From: Candidatus Bathyarchaeota archaeon
GTDB taxonomy: Archaea; Thermoproteota; Bathyarchaeia; TCS64
Length of the DNA: 64,000 bases
Direction: 5' to 3'
Assembly (NCBI GenBank): GCA_963771885.1
Contig: CAVYVF010000002.1
Span: forward strand, 64,001-128,000
The notes under the pieces are model-generated. The model made no database searches and had not been told where the DNA came from. It was given only the letters and a program-made list of their open reading frames with translations. Of this stretch, positions 8,847-19,138 are shown piece after piece. Positions within the stretch are counted from its first letter, which is position 1; every line of letters begins with the position of its first letter. Position numbers and translations under genes: made by a program.

Positions 8847-9449
8847 TTATCCGCCACGCATGCCGAAGAGGCCGCCCGGGTTCGCCTGAGCCGCTGTGTT
8901 GACCATCCTCAGCGAGAATAATCCTAAGGCAAGTGAGAGGATAATGGGGATGAGCGCTACGAAGGCAGCCTTTTTTGCTGTTAGGCCGTAATTGAGCATT
9001 ACCGCTACCCCAATGAGGACCAGGCTGATTATCGTGAAGACGTTGAAGTAGTCGACCAGCAACTCGATAAGATTCGTCGTCGTCAGCGGCATGCTGCCTA
9101 GAAGCCAGTAGCTAACGAATCGCAGCATCTGCTGGATGAGCGCCGGGATAGAGGCATACGCCGTGAGAGCGAACATCCTGTTTCTGTCACCCTTACCGCC
9201 GAGTATATGCGCCGCTGCGTGGTAGATGAGCGTCGTTATGACCCAGCCCAAATAGACCCCGAGAACCGCGCCGACCGATGTCGCGGCTCCAATGGTACCG
9301 CCCATGCCCGCGAGCTCCGGTATAACCAGCTTCGACGCCACAACATATGCAGTCGCCGCAGCAAAGGCCGCAGTGAGAGTAACTATCCCAGCGCCTTTCA
9401 TGAGGTCCTTATCTGTGACACCGTCGAGCCACCTTGTTACCGGCGCCAA
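8847..9449 (-). CDS. Yip1-family membrane protein
   Basis: Five TM segments with HILGGKG and AYASIPA. The true start may lie slightly upstream across a frameshift (GAGGTG SD followed by TTG, MAEKQY...). Confidence 0.8.
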   Translation of the reverse strand: MAPVTRWLDGVTDKDLMKGAGIVTLTAAFAAATAYVVASKLVIPELAGMGGTIGAATSVGAVLGVYLGWVITTLIYHAAAHILGGKGDRNRMFALTAYASIPALIQQMLRFVSYWLLGSMPLTTTNLIELLVDYFNVFTIISLVLIGVAVMLNYGLTAKKAAFVALIPIILSLALGLFSLRMVNTAAQANPGGLFGMRGG

Positions 9450-9589
9450 TCTGCCCCGTATATTGCTTCTCGGCCAAGGATCTGCACCTCTCTATGCTCC
9501 TTCAGGGCTCGGATATATAGTTGACCTCTACCTAGTCAGCTGGCTCTGCCCCTCCTGCTTATATTTTCTGGGGCGTGGATAGTTACGTT

Positions 9590-10051
9590 ATGGTCGCGTC
9601 TGATGACGTCAGGAGCCACACCGCAATCCACGTACTCAAGGGGGCGGTGGTTCATGTTCTCGGGAGGGGAGCAAAGTGGTCTTCAAGCGCCTACAGCCAG
9701 GACACACACGGCGGGCTCACCGTCCAGTTCGACAGAAAACCGACGGACGAGGAGATGCAGCGGATAGAGGAGGCGGCGAACGCCAAGATAAAGGAGGATG
9801 CCGCTACCGAGATGCACGAGATGGCGAGAAGCGACGCCGAGGCGCGGTGGGGTGACGACATGTATGACCTCTTTCCCCTCCCCGCGGAGCTTGAGATCGT
9901 CAAAGTCTTCCACCTCCCAGGTTGGAACGTCAACACCTGTGGTAAGCAGCACTGCGAGAAGACTGGCGAGGTCGGCGGCATCAAGGTCGCCAAGTGGCGA
10001 TACCGCGCCAACAAGCAGCTCCTAGAGATGAGCTTCGACGTAACAGGTTAA
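9590..10051 (+). CDS. alaXS: Single-domain alanyl-tRNA editing protein AlaX-S
   Basis: HxxxH (HTAIH) and CxxxH (CGKQH) zinc motifs, MYDLFP. TTATAT about 28 nt upstream of ATG 9590. Confidence 0.88.
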   Translation: MVASDDVRSHTAIHVLKGAVVHVLGRGAKWSSSAYSQDTHGGLTVQFDRKPTDEEMQRIEEAANAKIKEDAATEMHEMARSDAEARWGDDMYDLFPLPAELEIVKVFHLPGWNVNTCGKQHCEKTGEVGGIKVAKWRYRANKQLLEMSFDVTG

Positions 10052-10089
10052 ATCCGCGACCTGACTAAGCAGTAACCGGTGTAACTGGT

Positions 10090-11091
10090 TTGAAGTTCAG
10101 TAGATACCTCTCGTGCATCGACACCCACTGTAGCGGCGAGTCCACGAGGATCGTCGTCGGCGGGCTGCCGAAGCTCAGGGGAAAGACGATGGCGGAGAAG
10201 CAGAAGTACTTCCAGGACCACTACCACAGCCTCCTCGGGACGCTGATGAAGGAGCCACGCGGCTTCGACGGCATGCTTGGCAGCATCCTCACCGAGTCGA
10301 CGGTCCCCGAGGCGGACGTTGGCGTCATCTACCTCTGGACCGACGGCTACTTCAGCGCCTGCGGCGACTCGACGTACAGCTGCAGCGCTGCCCTCGTCAA
10401 CACGGGGATGGTGGATGTAAAGGAGCCGTACACGGAGATCACATTCGACACAGTCTCCGGCCTCGTCAAGACGAAGGTCGAGGTCAAGGACGGTGTTGCC
10501 AAGAGCATCGCCATGCAGGGCGTCCCTAGCTTCTACTGGAAGACGATGAAGTTCGACGTCCCCAAGGTGGGCGAGGTCGAGGCGGACATCGCATACGGCG
10601 GCCTCTGGTACGCCTTCGTGAACGCGGACAGCATCGGCCTCAAGCCAACACTAGAGAACAAGGGGGAGTGGATACCCCTCGGCTGGAAGATAAGGAACTT
10701 CATAGCCGACCAAATCAAGGTGGACCACCCCGAGTACCCCAACCTCAACATACTTGACCTCGTCACCTTCTACACGAAGCCGAGCAAGAAGGAGTACACG
10801 AGCAGGCACTGGAACGTCTTTGGTCCCAAGCAGACATGCCGTAGCCCAGCGGGCACGTGCACCAACGCCAGGATGGCGGCGCTCTACGGTAAAGGTGAAC
10901 TCAAGCCCGGGCAGGAGGTCAAGTTCGAGTCCACTATCAGCACCGTGATGACGGGGAGGATAGCGAAGGAGGTTAAGGTGGGCAAGTACAAGGCGATAGT
11001 CCCCGACGTCCTCGCCTCAGCCTACATAACCGGCTTCACGCAGGTGGTCATCGACCCCGACGACCCCCTCAAGGGCGGGTTCCTACTCTAA
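10090..11091 (+). CDS. Proline racemase / hydroxyproline epimerase family protein with atypical catalytic pair
   Basis: IDTHCSGESTR, EPRG, DIAYGG, RSPxGT, DPDDPLKGGF. Confidence 0.9.
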   Translation: MKFSRYLSCIDTHCSGESTRIVVGGLPKLRGKTMAEKQKYFQDHYHSLLGTLMKEPRGFDGMLGSILTESTVPEADVGVIYLWTDGYFSACGDSTYSCSAALVNTGMVDVKEPYTEITFDTVSGLVKTKVEVKDGVAKSIAMQGVPSFYWKTMKFDVPKVGEVEADIAYGGLWYAFVNADSIGLKPTLENKGEWIPLGWKIRNFIADQIKVDHPEYPNLNILDLVTFYTKPSKKEYTSRHWNVFGPKQTCRSPAGTCTNARMAALYGKGELKPGQEVKFESTISTVMTGRIAKEVKVGKYKAIVPDVLASAYITGFTQVVIDPDDPLKGGFLL

Positions 11092-11092
11092 G

Positions 11093-11855
11093 CTATTTAT
11101 GGGGCTTGGGAAGTAACTCCTCGAGCCTCGCTTTCTTTAATTCTTCCGCGAAGGCGCACAGCTCGTCGACGTGTGCCTTCAGAATCTCCTCACCATGCGT
11201 AGCTGTGGCTTTCGTTGCCTCGATGGTCTTTCCCGCTGCGCCGAAGACGCCGGTTGTGCTCAGATCGATGGTGTCCCAACCGAAGTCAGCTGGCCCCGCC
11301 TTCTGCGACTTCATCTATGATGCCGGCGATCTCCTCGCTCTGCTTCGTGTCGACGGCCTTCTTCATGTTTACGAGGTCGGGGCGGAGGTGGAGCATGAGG
11401 CTGGTCTCATCCTCGCCGGCGTGGCCATCGAGCTTCGAGGGGTAGGCTGTCACGATTGCGACGAATATTTCGTCATCGCTGCGTAGCTCCTCTGCGATCT
11501 CCTTGAGGCTCGGGGTGTTACCGCCGTGGCCGTTGACGACGAGGAACTTGCGGGAGCCGTGGCTCGCGGCGCTGAGTATCACCGACTTGACGTAGTCGCG
11601 GAAGACGGTGGGGGGCACCCAGAGAGTGCCGGGGAACTGCCTGTGGTGGCTGCTGACGCCGACGGGGATCACAGGGAGGACAGGTAGCTTCGCGCTGTCC
11701 CCGACCATATTGGCGACGGCGTCCGCCGTAATGTGGTCCGTGCCAAGCGGGCAGTGGGGGCCGTGCTGCTCCGTACTCCCCACAGGCAGGACGACCGTGT
11801 CGACCTTCTTGAGCGCCATCTGCGCCTCGACCCACGATAACTCGGCGAGCCTCAT
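11093..11855 (-). CDS. Creatininase-family amidohydrolase, split by a frameshift near 11316
   Basis: GSTEQHGPH.PLGTD, NGHGGN, HAGEDETS. The C-terminus (TGVFG...ATATHGE) continues in ORF 11093..11314. Confidence 0.85.
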
Positions 11856-11938
11856 GGATCAGAGCACACGCCCCGGCTTGGCTTAAGTCTGTCCGCTCCA
11901 CCTGCTAACTTTTCAACCCGAGGGCGCGAATAGTTCAC

Positions 11939-12367
11939 GTGTCCTCCGCCGAGCCGGGGCTTGTCGTCGTCTTCGAGGGGAGGCGCACCCGTGTCAGGGT
12001 GTATCGCCGCTTCTTCTACCCCGTGCAGGCGAGGGACGAGGACGTCGAGGTGATCGTCTACTCCGACACGGGGAGGGAGAGGGAGGTCACTTACAGCAGG
12101 GCCGATGACTACGACCTCGACAGCCCTTTCCGCCTCGTCGCCATGATCAGGCTGGCGCGCGCCTTGCGCGTCTTGAAGACGCAGCCGACAACGAACAGCG
12201 TCCAGAACCTCAGCTTCACAATCTGCCGGAGCACCGAGCTTATCGGCCCCGATGCGGAGAAGGACGAGTGGATGCCCTTCGACCCGACGCGCATGAAGCC
12301 GCTCGATGAGCGTATCCGGGACGCGAAGAAGAGGGCGCGCTGGAAGCAGCGGCTTAAGCAGCGTTGA
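11939..12367 (+). CDS. Hypothetical protein
   Basis: 142-aa ORF with typical codon use. TTTTCAA about 28 nt upstream. Fills the gap between flanking genes. Confidence 0.65.
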   Translation: MSSAEPGLVVVFEGRRTRVRVYRRFFYPVQARDEDVEVIVYSDTGREREVTYSRADDYDLDSPFRLVAMIRLARALRVLKTQPTTNSVQNLSFTICRSTELIGPDAEKDEWMPFDPTRMKPLDERIRDAKKRARWKQRLKQR

Positions 12368-13317
12368 GTGCCGCCGCGAGGTCATCGATGAAGGCGTCGA
12401 GCTTGTCCCGCGGCACCTTTGCCCCGCTCGCGCGGGCATGCCCGCCGCCGAAGCCGCCGTATTTCTTCGAGAGTCGCGAGGCGAGGTCGCCAAGGTGCTC
12501 GGGGAGTCGCCTCTCGCCGCGGAGGCTGATGTTCACCATCTCCCCCTGATCCTTCCAGCACATTGCCGACGGCGACGAGGAGCGTATCCATCACTATGTT
12601 TGCGACCTCTCCCGTGGAGGAGGCATCTTCGCACTCCATCACGGCGAGCCTCCCCATCCTCTTGGCCCTACCGAGAACTGTCTCCTTGATCTTGACTATC
12701 TTCTCGAGCTGGGCAACGGACGCCTCGACGACTCCCTTAATCCTGTGGGGGTAAGCGTATTGGCTTAGCTCATCGAGTAGCCGCCTCTTGAATGATTCCG
12801 ACTGGTCTGCACCGAGGGCAGCGCTCAACATCAGAGCCTCGTGCTGCACGAACTTCCTATCCATGCCATCCATGAGGCGGCTAGCGACGGGGCCGTCCTC
12901 GAACATGTCCGAGACGGCGGCGTAGGCGGCAAGGCGCGCCGCGTCCGGCTCCAGCCTTTCCTTAAAGTGGTCGTAGACGAGGGCTGAGGCGCAATCGCGT
13001 GTGTCGTGGACGATCTCGACGCCTAGCGCTTTGAGGGCGTCGGTCAGTCCCTCGTCCATGGGGTGGTGGTCGATGATGGTGACCACGGCGTGCTCCCTGA
13101 TATCCGCTATTAGTGGCAGAAGCGCCTCACGGAGGTTCAGGTCAGTTATGAAAAGCCTGTCCACATTACCCACAACGCCTCTGAGTGCCTCCTCGAGGTC
13201 GTCGTAGTTGGCAGGTATCACCTTTGCCTTGAAGAGCCTGATGAGGAATGCGCCAGATGTGAGGCCGTCGACGTCATCGCCGTGGGTGATGCTAACTATC
13301 GGCAAAGTGTGCTTCAA
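12354..13317 (-). CDS. DHH/DHHA1 phosphoesterase (RecJ/NrnA-like), frameshift near 12564
   Basis: HGDDVDG, TDL and IDHH motifs. DHHA1 motifs (ISLR, GGGHARASG) lie in ORF 12354..12563. Confidence 0.85.
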
Positions 13318-13354
13318 AACAAGGCGCCGGTTCTACGTGATAAATACATCCCCG

Positions 13355-14203
13355 CTAGAGTTTTCGGCCTTGCGGGGTGGAGGCAGAGACCTCTTCGAAG
13401 TAGGTTTGAATGTGTATCGTCGCTCCGGTGAGGGCGTTGAGTGCGTTGACCATGTGGAGATCCGAGGCGGGGATATGTTTGGCGAGAAGCGCCACAGCGT
13501 AGGGGCGCTTCGGCTGGTAGACTATACCCGCGTCTAGAGTTGCGCCGCCGACCCAGCCCGACTTGTCCGCAACCTCGACGGCGTCGGGGACAGCGTTCCT
13601 TATCACGCCTTGAACCATGCCCTCCTTGGGTCTCCTAAGCATCTTCAGTGTCTCGCCACAGACGAAGGGCGTGAGCACCTTGCATGTGTGCAGCTCCTCG
13701 AACATGGCGACCATCTCGCGGGGCGTCGTGAAGCTGTCTTTCCCTGCCTTGAACGCCTCCATGTCCATCATCTTGCGGGCAAGGCGCGTCGTCCTGAGCC
13801 CCATCAGTGCGCAGACGTCGTTTATCTTCTCCATGCCGAGGACGTCGATGAGATGGTTAGTCGCGCTGTTGTCGCTGACGTTGATCATTAGGGAAGCGTA
13901 GTCGATCAGCGGCATCGTGACGGCGCCGGGTGTGAGCGTCTTGATGACGCCGCTGCCCCCCGCCTTGTGGGACTCGACATACTTCACGGGAGCCATAGGG
14001 TCGAGGGTCTTTGCCTCGATGCGCCTGTAGAACTCTATGAGTATCGGCACCTTGATAGTGCTCGCGACGGGGAATACCTCGTCGCCGTTGATGAGTATCG
14101 CCTCGCCGGTTGTGAGGTCCTTGACGGCGGCGCCCATCACGCCCTCGTACCGTGCTGACGCCTCCTCGAGTGCCAGGCGGAGCTTTCCGAAGAGCAGAGA
14201 CAT
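13355..14203 (-). CDS. Class A beta-lactamase-fold serine hydrolase
   Basis: SxxK (ASTIK), SDN and KSG motifs, plus GGSG and TTPREM. Confidence 0.88.
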   Translation of the reverse strand: MSLLFGKLRLALEEASARYEGVMGAAVKDLTTGEAILINGDEVFPVASTIKVPILIEFYRRIEAKTLDPMAPVKYVESHKAGGSGVIKTLTPGAVTMPLIDYASLMINVSDNSATNHLIDVLGMEKINDVCALMGLRTTRLARKMMDMEAFKAGKDSFTTPREMVAMFEELHTCKVLTPFVCGETLKMLRRPKEGMVQGVIRNAVPDAVEVADKSGWVGGATLDAGIVYQPKRPYAVALLAKHIPASDLHMVNALNALTGATIHIQTYFEEVSASTPQGRKL

Positions 14204-14234
14204 TGCAGAAAAGATAGAAGCAAATACTATTTAA

Positions 14235-15251
14235 TTAATAGCCCTTGCGGGGGTCGCAGACATTCTGCAGAGGCTCCCCCGCCGCGTATCTTCTGAGGTT
14301 CTCGCAGAACTGGGCGACGAGCCTGTCCCCTATCTTTGTACTGGAGTGGCTGTCGTGAGGCACGACGAAGACATTCGGTAGACCCCAAAGTGGGCTGCTG
14401 CTTGGAAGCGGCTCTACATTGAAACAGTCGAGGTAAGCCCCGGCGATCCTGTTCCCCTCGAGTGTCTGGATCATCGCGTCCTCGTCAGCTACAGCGCCAC
14501 GCCCCACGTTAATCAGGTAACTCGTCTCCTTCATCGTCGCGAACTCCTCCTCGCCGAGGAGCCCCTCCGTTTCTGACGTGTGTGGCGCAACGACCACAAC
14601 GAAGTCGGCCTCAGGGAGATGCCTCTTCAGCTCCGTCGCAGGGAAGACCTTGTCGACGTTCTCAACTGGCCCAGGCCTCCTCTTAGTGCCGATGACCCTC
14701 ATATCGAACGCCTTGCAGAGATGCGCGATCCGCTTCCCGAGGTTACCGAGCCCTATGAGGAGTACGGTCGAGCCCTCTAGATCGTTGCAGTAGACCTGCC
14801 TCCAGAGGCGAGCCTTCTGGTCCACCCTCCTCTGGCTGAACCGCTTCGCATGTTCCAGCATAGCGGCGACGGCGCTCTCCGCGATGGGGATCGTGTGTAT
14901 ACCGGGGCTATTCGTGAGCGTGACGCGCCCGTCGATTATCTCGGGTGTGATATTGTCGCTGAAGCCGGTGCTGCAGAGCTGCATCCACTTGAGACTTGGG
15001 GTGAAAAACTTCTCGTAGTCAGACCTATCGAGTTCCCCAGCGTAATGCGTCATGTTTCCGCCCTCGGTTAGGGCGACCTCGATGCCCTCTACGCTCTTCA
15101 TGCCGTGGACGACTGTCTCTGGCAGCTCGACGAGCTCAATTTTCGGTGAGACCGCGAGTATCTGTTTCCTATGTTTATCCTGGAGCCAGTTTCCGTCTGG
15201 ACGGGGGAACTGGTACCCCCTCGGTATACCGCTGACTGCGACTCGGATCAA
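14235..15251 (-). CDS. D-2-hydroxyacid dehydrogenase family protein
   Basis: GLGNLG NAD motif, INVGRG, LDCF.VEPLP, PH. Start codon uncertain (15251 or 15275). Confidence 0.9.
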   Translation of the reverse strand: MIRVAVSGIPRGYQFPRPDGNWLQDKHRKQILAVSPKIELVELPETVVHGMKSVEGIEVALTEGGNMTHYAGELDRSDYEKFFTPSLKWMQLCSTGFSDNITPEIIDGRVTLTNSPGIHTIPIAESAVAAMLEHAKRFSQRRVDQKARLWRQVYCNDLEGSTVLLIGLGNLGKRIAHLCKAFDMRVIGTKRRPGPVENVDKVFPATELKRHLPEADFVVVVAPHTSETEGLLGEEEFATMKETSYLINVGRGAVADEDAMIQTLEGNRIAGAYLDCFNVEPLPSSSPLWGLPNVFVVPHDSHSSTKIGDRLVAQFCENLRRYAAGEPLQNVCDPRKGY

Positions 15252-15287
15252 TGCACCGAGAATAGGCGGGCACACGGATAAAACACT

Positions 15288-15560
15288 AGTTAGGCGCCGG
15301 CGCTTGCTTCACCTCAGCGCGCGCCTCCCTGAACCTGACTATCGATTGGAGAACGCTTAGCGTAACAGCGCCGATTGTGAGATAAATGAAGATGCGCAGG
15401 TCGATGGCTATATCCGTCGCCACCTTCCCCTGCTTTAGACTGAAGCTGCTCAGGCCAGGCTTCCAATGTTGCCGACGCCGACGATCAGCAGTGCAAACGC
15501 CAGCGTGAAGACGTTAACAGATACATCGAGTATCAGGTATCAGAATCACGATGCCGAGTG
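15288..15560 (-). pseudogene. Possible decayed membrane-protein gene fragment
   Basis: Minus-strand hydrophobic pieces YLILDVSVNVFTLAFALLIVGVG and IAIDLRIFIYLTIGAVTLSVLQSIVRF are separated by a stop or frameshift. Confidence 0.3.
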
Positions 15561-15625
15561 CCCGGGATGTCTTCATTAACGCGCCCAAACCTATGTGGAG
15601 ATGGGGAGCGTAAAAGATGGTGGGT

Positions 15626-16720
15626 CTACTTCCTGTAGACCTCGACGGTGTGCTTGAGGTCGCTCTTATCGAGAGCTTTTATTGTCGCAGCGATGAGTTT
15701 GCCCGCATTCGTGAGGTCGCTGAGACTGACGACCTCGTTAGGGCTGTGCATGTAGCGGTTTGGCAGACTGACTAACCCCGTGATCGTGCCGCCGCGAGTG
15801 ACCTGTATAGCCCACGCATCCGTGCCGCTTGCGGAGGGAACGCCTTGTCGTTGTACGGGTATCTTAGCCTTTTTCGCCTCCTTCTCCATCATCTCCCAGA
15901 GAGCTCGTGTGAAGTTGGCGCCCACCCCTACAACGGGGCCTTTCCCGATCTGTACATCACTGACCCTGTTAGCGTCAACACCTGGTGCTACTGCGTGAGT
16001 TACATCCGCTGCGATGGCAGCCCAGGGCTGAATGTTGTAGGCGCAGACCTGCGCGCCTCTCATACCGATCTCCTCCTGGGTAGTCGCGACGGCGTAGACT
16101 TTGAGCTTCTTTGGCGGGTCCTTGGCGAGTATGTCGAGTGCCTCGATGAAGGCTGCGACTGCGCAGACGTCGTCGAAGGCGGGGCCGATTACAAGATCTG
16201 AGCCCTCCTTTCCAAGGTACTCGACCTCGGCTAAGGGTGTGCATGGGCAGCCTATTTTGACCCCCATCTTGGCCGCGGCCTCGGCCGATGAGGCGCCGAA
16301 GTCAATTCTCATATCCTTGAGTGGGATAGCCTTCTCCCTCTCGCTCAGCTCTGTGAGGTGGGCCGCCTTCGTACCGATTATGCCGACGATGTAGTCGCTT
16401 GGCTCGTCTCCTATCCATATCTTGACCCTTGTCCCGTAGGCGACGCGTGGGTCCCAGCCACCGACCTGGTCGAAGCTTGCGTAGCCCTTCTCGTCCACGT
16501 ATTTGACGAGGAAGCCGATTTGGTCGTAGTGCCCAGCGAGCATCACGGCCTTCTCCCCTTTACCTATCGTCCCGATGACGTTGCCGATCACGTCGACGGT
16601 GACGGAGTCGCAATACTTGGAGTATGCCTCTATGATCTTCTTTCGGCGTGGCTCCTCGAACCCCGTCACGGCGGGGGCGCTCATGAGTTCCTTCAGGACC
16701 TTGTGCATGTCAACGGGCAT
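15626..16720 (-). CDS. M42 (TET-like) aminopeptidase
   Basis: GHYDQIG, VGGWD, AFDD, QEEIGMRGA, DVT, GTDA, RYMHSP.E. Confidence 0.93.
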   Translation of the reverse strand: MPVDMHKVLKELMSAPAVTGFEEPRRKKIIEAYSKYCDSVTVDVIGNVIGTIGKGEKAVMLAGHYDQIGFLVKYVDEKGYASFDQVGGWDPRVAYGTRVKIWIGDEPSDYIVGIIGTKAAHLTELSEREKAIPLKDMRIDFGASSAEAAAKMGVKIGCPCTPLAEVEYLGKEGSDLVIGPAFDDVCAVAAFIEALDILAKDPPKKLKVYAVATTQEEIGMRGAQVCAYNIQPWAAIAADVTHAVAPGVDANRVSDVQIGKGPVVGVGANFTRALWEMMEKEAKKAKIPVQRQGVPSASGTDAWAIQVTRGGTITGLVSLPNRYMHSPNEVVSLSDLTNAGKLIAATIKALDKSDLKHTVEVYRK

Positions 16721-16808
16721 TACTATTCACGGCTAATGTTGGGTTCCGTTGGGCGTTTAAGGTTTGGCGGGTCTCAACTGTTTTAAGAGGACGAGGCAAT
16801 GAGAAGCC

Positions 16809-17573
16809 ATGACAATCAGGGAGCCGCGTAGAGCACTCGTTAGGGACATTGGGGACAAGTATAAGAGCTGCCTTTCGACCCACCCACTGCACGCGACCCT
16901 CGACCTCGCGCTGGCGAGGAAGCAGCACGCTGCATACTGCAAGGCAATCGCTGAGCTCGGACTAGAAATAATCAGGGTTCCACGGGATGATGAGCACCCA
17001 GACTCCGTCTTCGTCGAGGACAACGTTGTCGCTTTCGGAGGTAAGGCGCTCATCTGCAGGATGGCAAAGACGAGCCGCCGCGGCGAGGAGACCGGCGTCG
17101 AGGCCGTCCTCAAGCAGTACCTTTCCGTGAAGAGGGCTACGAGCCCCGCAACAGTCGAGGGTGGTGACGTCGTCCACCTCCCCGACAGGCTCATCAGTGG
17201 TATAAGCCAGCGCACGAACCCGGAAGGCGTAGCGCAGATGCAGGAGTGGCTCGGCGTCCCCGTCGCCACAGTCTTCGACCCCGGCATAATGCACCTTAAG
17301 AGCTATGTCACATACCTCGGAAAGAACCTCATGATAGCTACAGAGAGATATGCGTCCCACCCCGCACTGGAGGGCTTCCAGATTATAGTTCCGCCCAGTA
17401 AAGACGAATACGCCGCGGACACCCTCACCATTGGCGACACCGTCCTCATGGCTGAGGGGTACCCCGAGGCTCAAATCCTGGTCGAGGAAGCCGGTTTCGA
17501 AGTAGTCACGTTGAACGTCTCGGAAATACAGAAGTGCGATGGCGCCCTTACATGCATGAGCGTTCTATTCTAG
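16809..17573 (+). CDS. Dimethylarginine dimethylaminohydrolase (amidinotransferase fold)
   Basis: PDSVFVED, RRGE, EGGDV, RTN.EG, HLKS, DGALTCMS (Cys-His-Asp triad). Confidence 0.9.
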   Translation: MTIREPRRALVRDIGDKYKSCLSTHPLHATLDLALARKQHAAYCKAIAELGLEIIRVPRDDEHPDSVFVEDNVVAFGGKALICRMAKTSRRGEETGVEAVLKQYLSVKRATSPATVEGGDVVHLPDRLISGISQRTNPEGVAQMQEWLGVPVATVFDPGIMHLKSYVTYLGKNLMIATERYASHPALEGFQIIVPPSKDEYAADTLTIGDTVLMAEGYPEAQILVEEAGFEVVTLNVSEIQKCDGALTCMSVLF

Positions 17574-17637
17574 GCACAACTCTTTTCACTTCGAATCAGG
17601 CACTTTTCACCGCGTACTGTTAGATAGGGGTCGTTGA

Positions 17638-19071
17638 ATGGTCGACACGATTGTGGAGTGGGTCCTCGTTGTACTCTACTTCACCTTCACACTCCTGCTC
17701 ATCCCCTATGGCTACAACTGCTTCTACATGGTCTACTTCTCCCAAAAGTACAAGCCTCCTCGCTATGAGGCTGTGAAGAACCACGCTTTCGTGACCGTCC
17801 AGCTCCCTGTCTACAACGAGAAGAACGTCGTGGAGAGGCTGATCAACTCCGTTTGCGAAATGGAGTGGCCACGGAATCGGCTAGAGATATTCGTCCTAGA
17901 CGACAGCACTGACGAGACTAACGGACTCGTCGATGTGGAGATTGAGAAGCAGCGCGCTCGCGGCATCGACATCAGGGCGATACGCAGGGGGAATCGCGAG
18001 GGCTACAAGGCGGGTGCCCTGCAGAACGCCCTACAGCAGACGCGGGGCAAGTACATCGCAATAATTGACGCAGACTTCACGCCCCCCCGCGACTTCCTCG
18101 AGAGGACTGTCGCGGCAATGGATGCTGACCCCGAGCTCGGCTTTGTGCAGGCTCGCTGGGACCACATAAACAGGTCGTACAGTATGTACACGGAGGCCTT
18201 CAGCCTCGCCATAGATGGCTACCACGTCGTGGAGCAGTCGGCGAGGAGTGCCTCGGGGCTCCTCCTCAACTTCAACGGCTCCGCTGGGTTGCTGCGAGTC
18301 GACGCCATCAATGACGTCGGGGGATGGAGCTGGGACACGCTAAGCGAGGACATGGATCTCAGTTACCAGATGCAGCTTAAAGGGTGGAAGAGCCTCTACC
18401 TGCGAGACCTCACGGTCAAGGGTGAGATACCCCCGACGATGTCCGCCTTCAGAACCCAGCAGGGGAGATGGGCGCGTGGCAGCGTCCAGTGCGCTAAGAA
18501 GCTCCTCTCCCCCCTCTGGCTAAGTGACAAGACCCCCCTGCAAAAAGTCGAGTCGACGCTCCACCTCACCTATTATATGGTGAGCCTCTGGATGTTCCTC
18601 TGTCTCGTCGTCACCGTTCCCCTACTCGCACTGAACAAGTTCCCATACGTCACCGCGCCTTGGTACGTGGGATTGTTGAGCCTCTGCACGGTAAGCAGCT
18701 TCGCCCTCTACTACTCCGCGATAAGGGGACAGGGATTCAGCCTGAGGAAGAAGCTACCATACATCGGGCTCCTCGCGCTCATAGGCTACGGTATTTCCGC
18801 GAAGGTTTCTGTCGAGATGCTTAGAGGCCTTCTGAAAAAGGGAGGCAATTACCAGAGGGTCCCAAAGTTCAACATAGTCAAGAAGGGTGACCGCGTCGAC
18901 ATCTCCTACAACACACTACGCGAGTTACCGTGGCTGGAGATGGTTATGCTCGTCTACACTGCCTTAGGGATAATGTTCGCCTTCATGAACAGCAGCTGGG
19001 GAATAATGTTATACCTCTTCATCTACTTCATGGGCTACTTCGCCATCGCCTACAGCATCTCGCCCCTTTGA
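17638..19071 (+). CDS. GT2 processive glycosyltransferase (cellulose-synthase-like)
   Basis: QLPVYNE, DDSTD, GYKAGAL, DADF, SED, QQGRW (QxxRW) and TM helices. Confidence 0.92.
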   Translation: MVDTIVEWVLVVLYFTFTLLLIPYGYNCFYMVYFSQKYKPPRYEAVKNHAFVTVQLPVYNEKNVVERLINSVCEMEWPRNRLEIFVLDDSTDETNGLVDVEIEKQRARGIDIRAIRRGNREGYKAGALQNALQQTRGKYIAIIDADFTPPRDFLERTVAAMDADPELGFVQARWDHINRSYSMYTEAFSLAIDGYHVVEQSARSASGLLLNFNGSAGLLRVDAINDVGGWSWDTLSEDMDLSYQMQLKGWKSLYLRDLTVKGEIPPTMSAFRTQQGRWARGSVQCAKKLLSPLWLSDKTPLQKVESTLHLTYYMVSLWMFLCLVVTVPLLALNKFPYVTAPWYVGLLSLCTVSSFALYYSAIRGQGFSLRKKLPYIGLLALIGYGISAKVSVEMLRGLLKKGGNYQRVPKFNIVKKGDRVDISYNTLRELPWLEMVMLVYTALGIMFAFMNSSWGIMLYLFIYFMGYFAIAYSISPL

Positions 19072-19138
19072 GTAAAGATAATATTAAAATGAAGTCTATT
19101 TAGATAAATGTTATATTGCGGGTCATATAGATTAATAC

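Noticed and set aside
8681..8902. 73-aa ORF over the structured element
   Set aside because: GTG start, Arg/Pro/Gly-rich composition, and overlap with the Yip1 3' end. Likely spurious.
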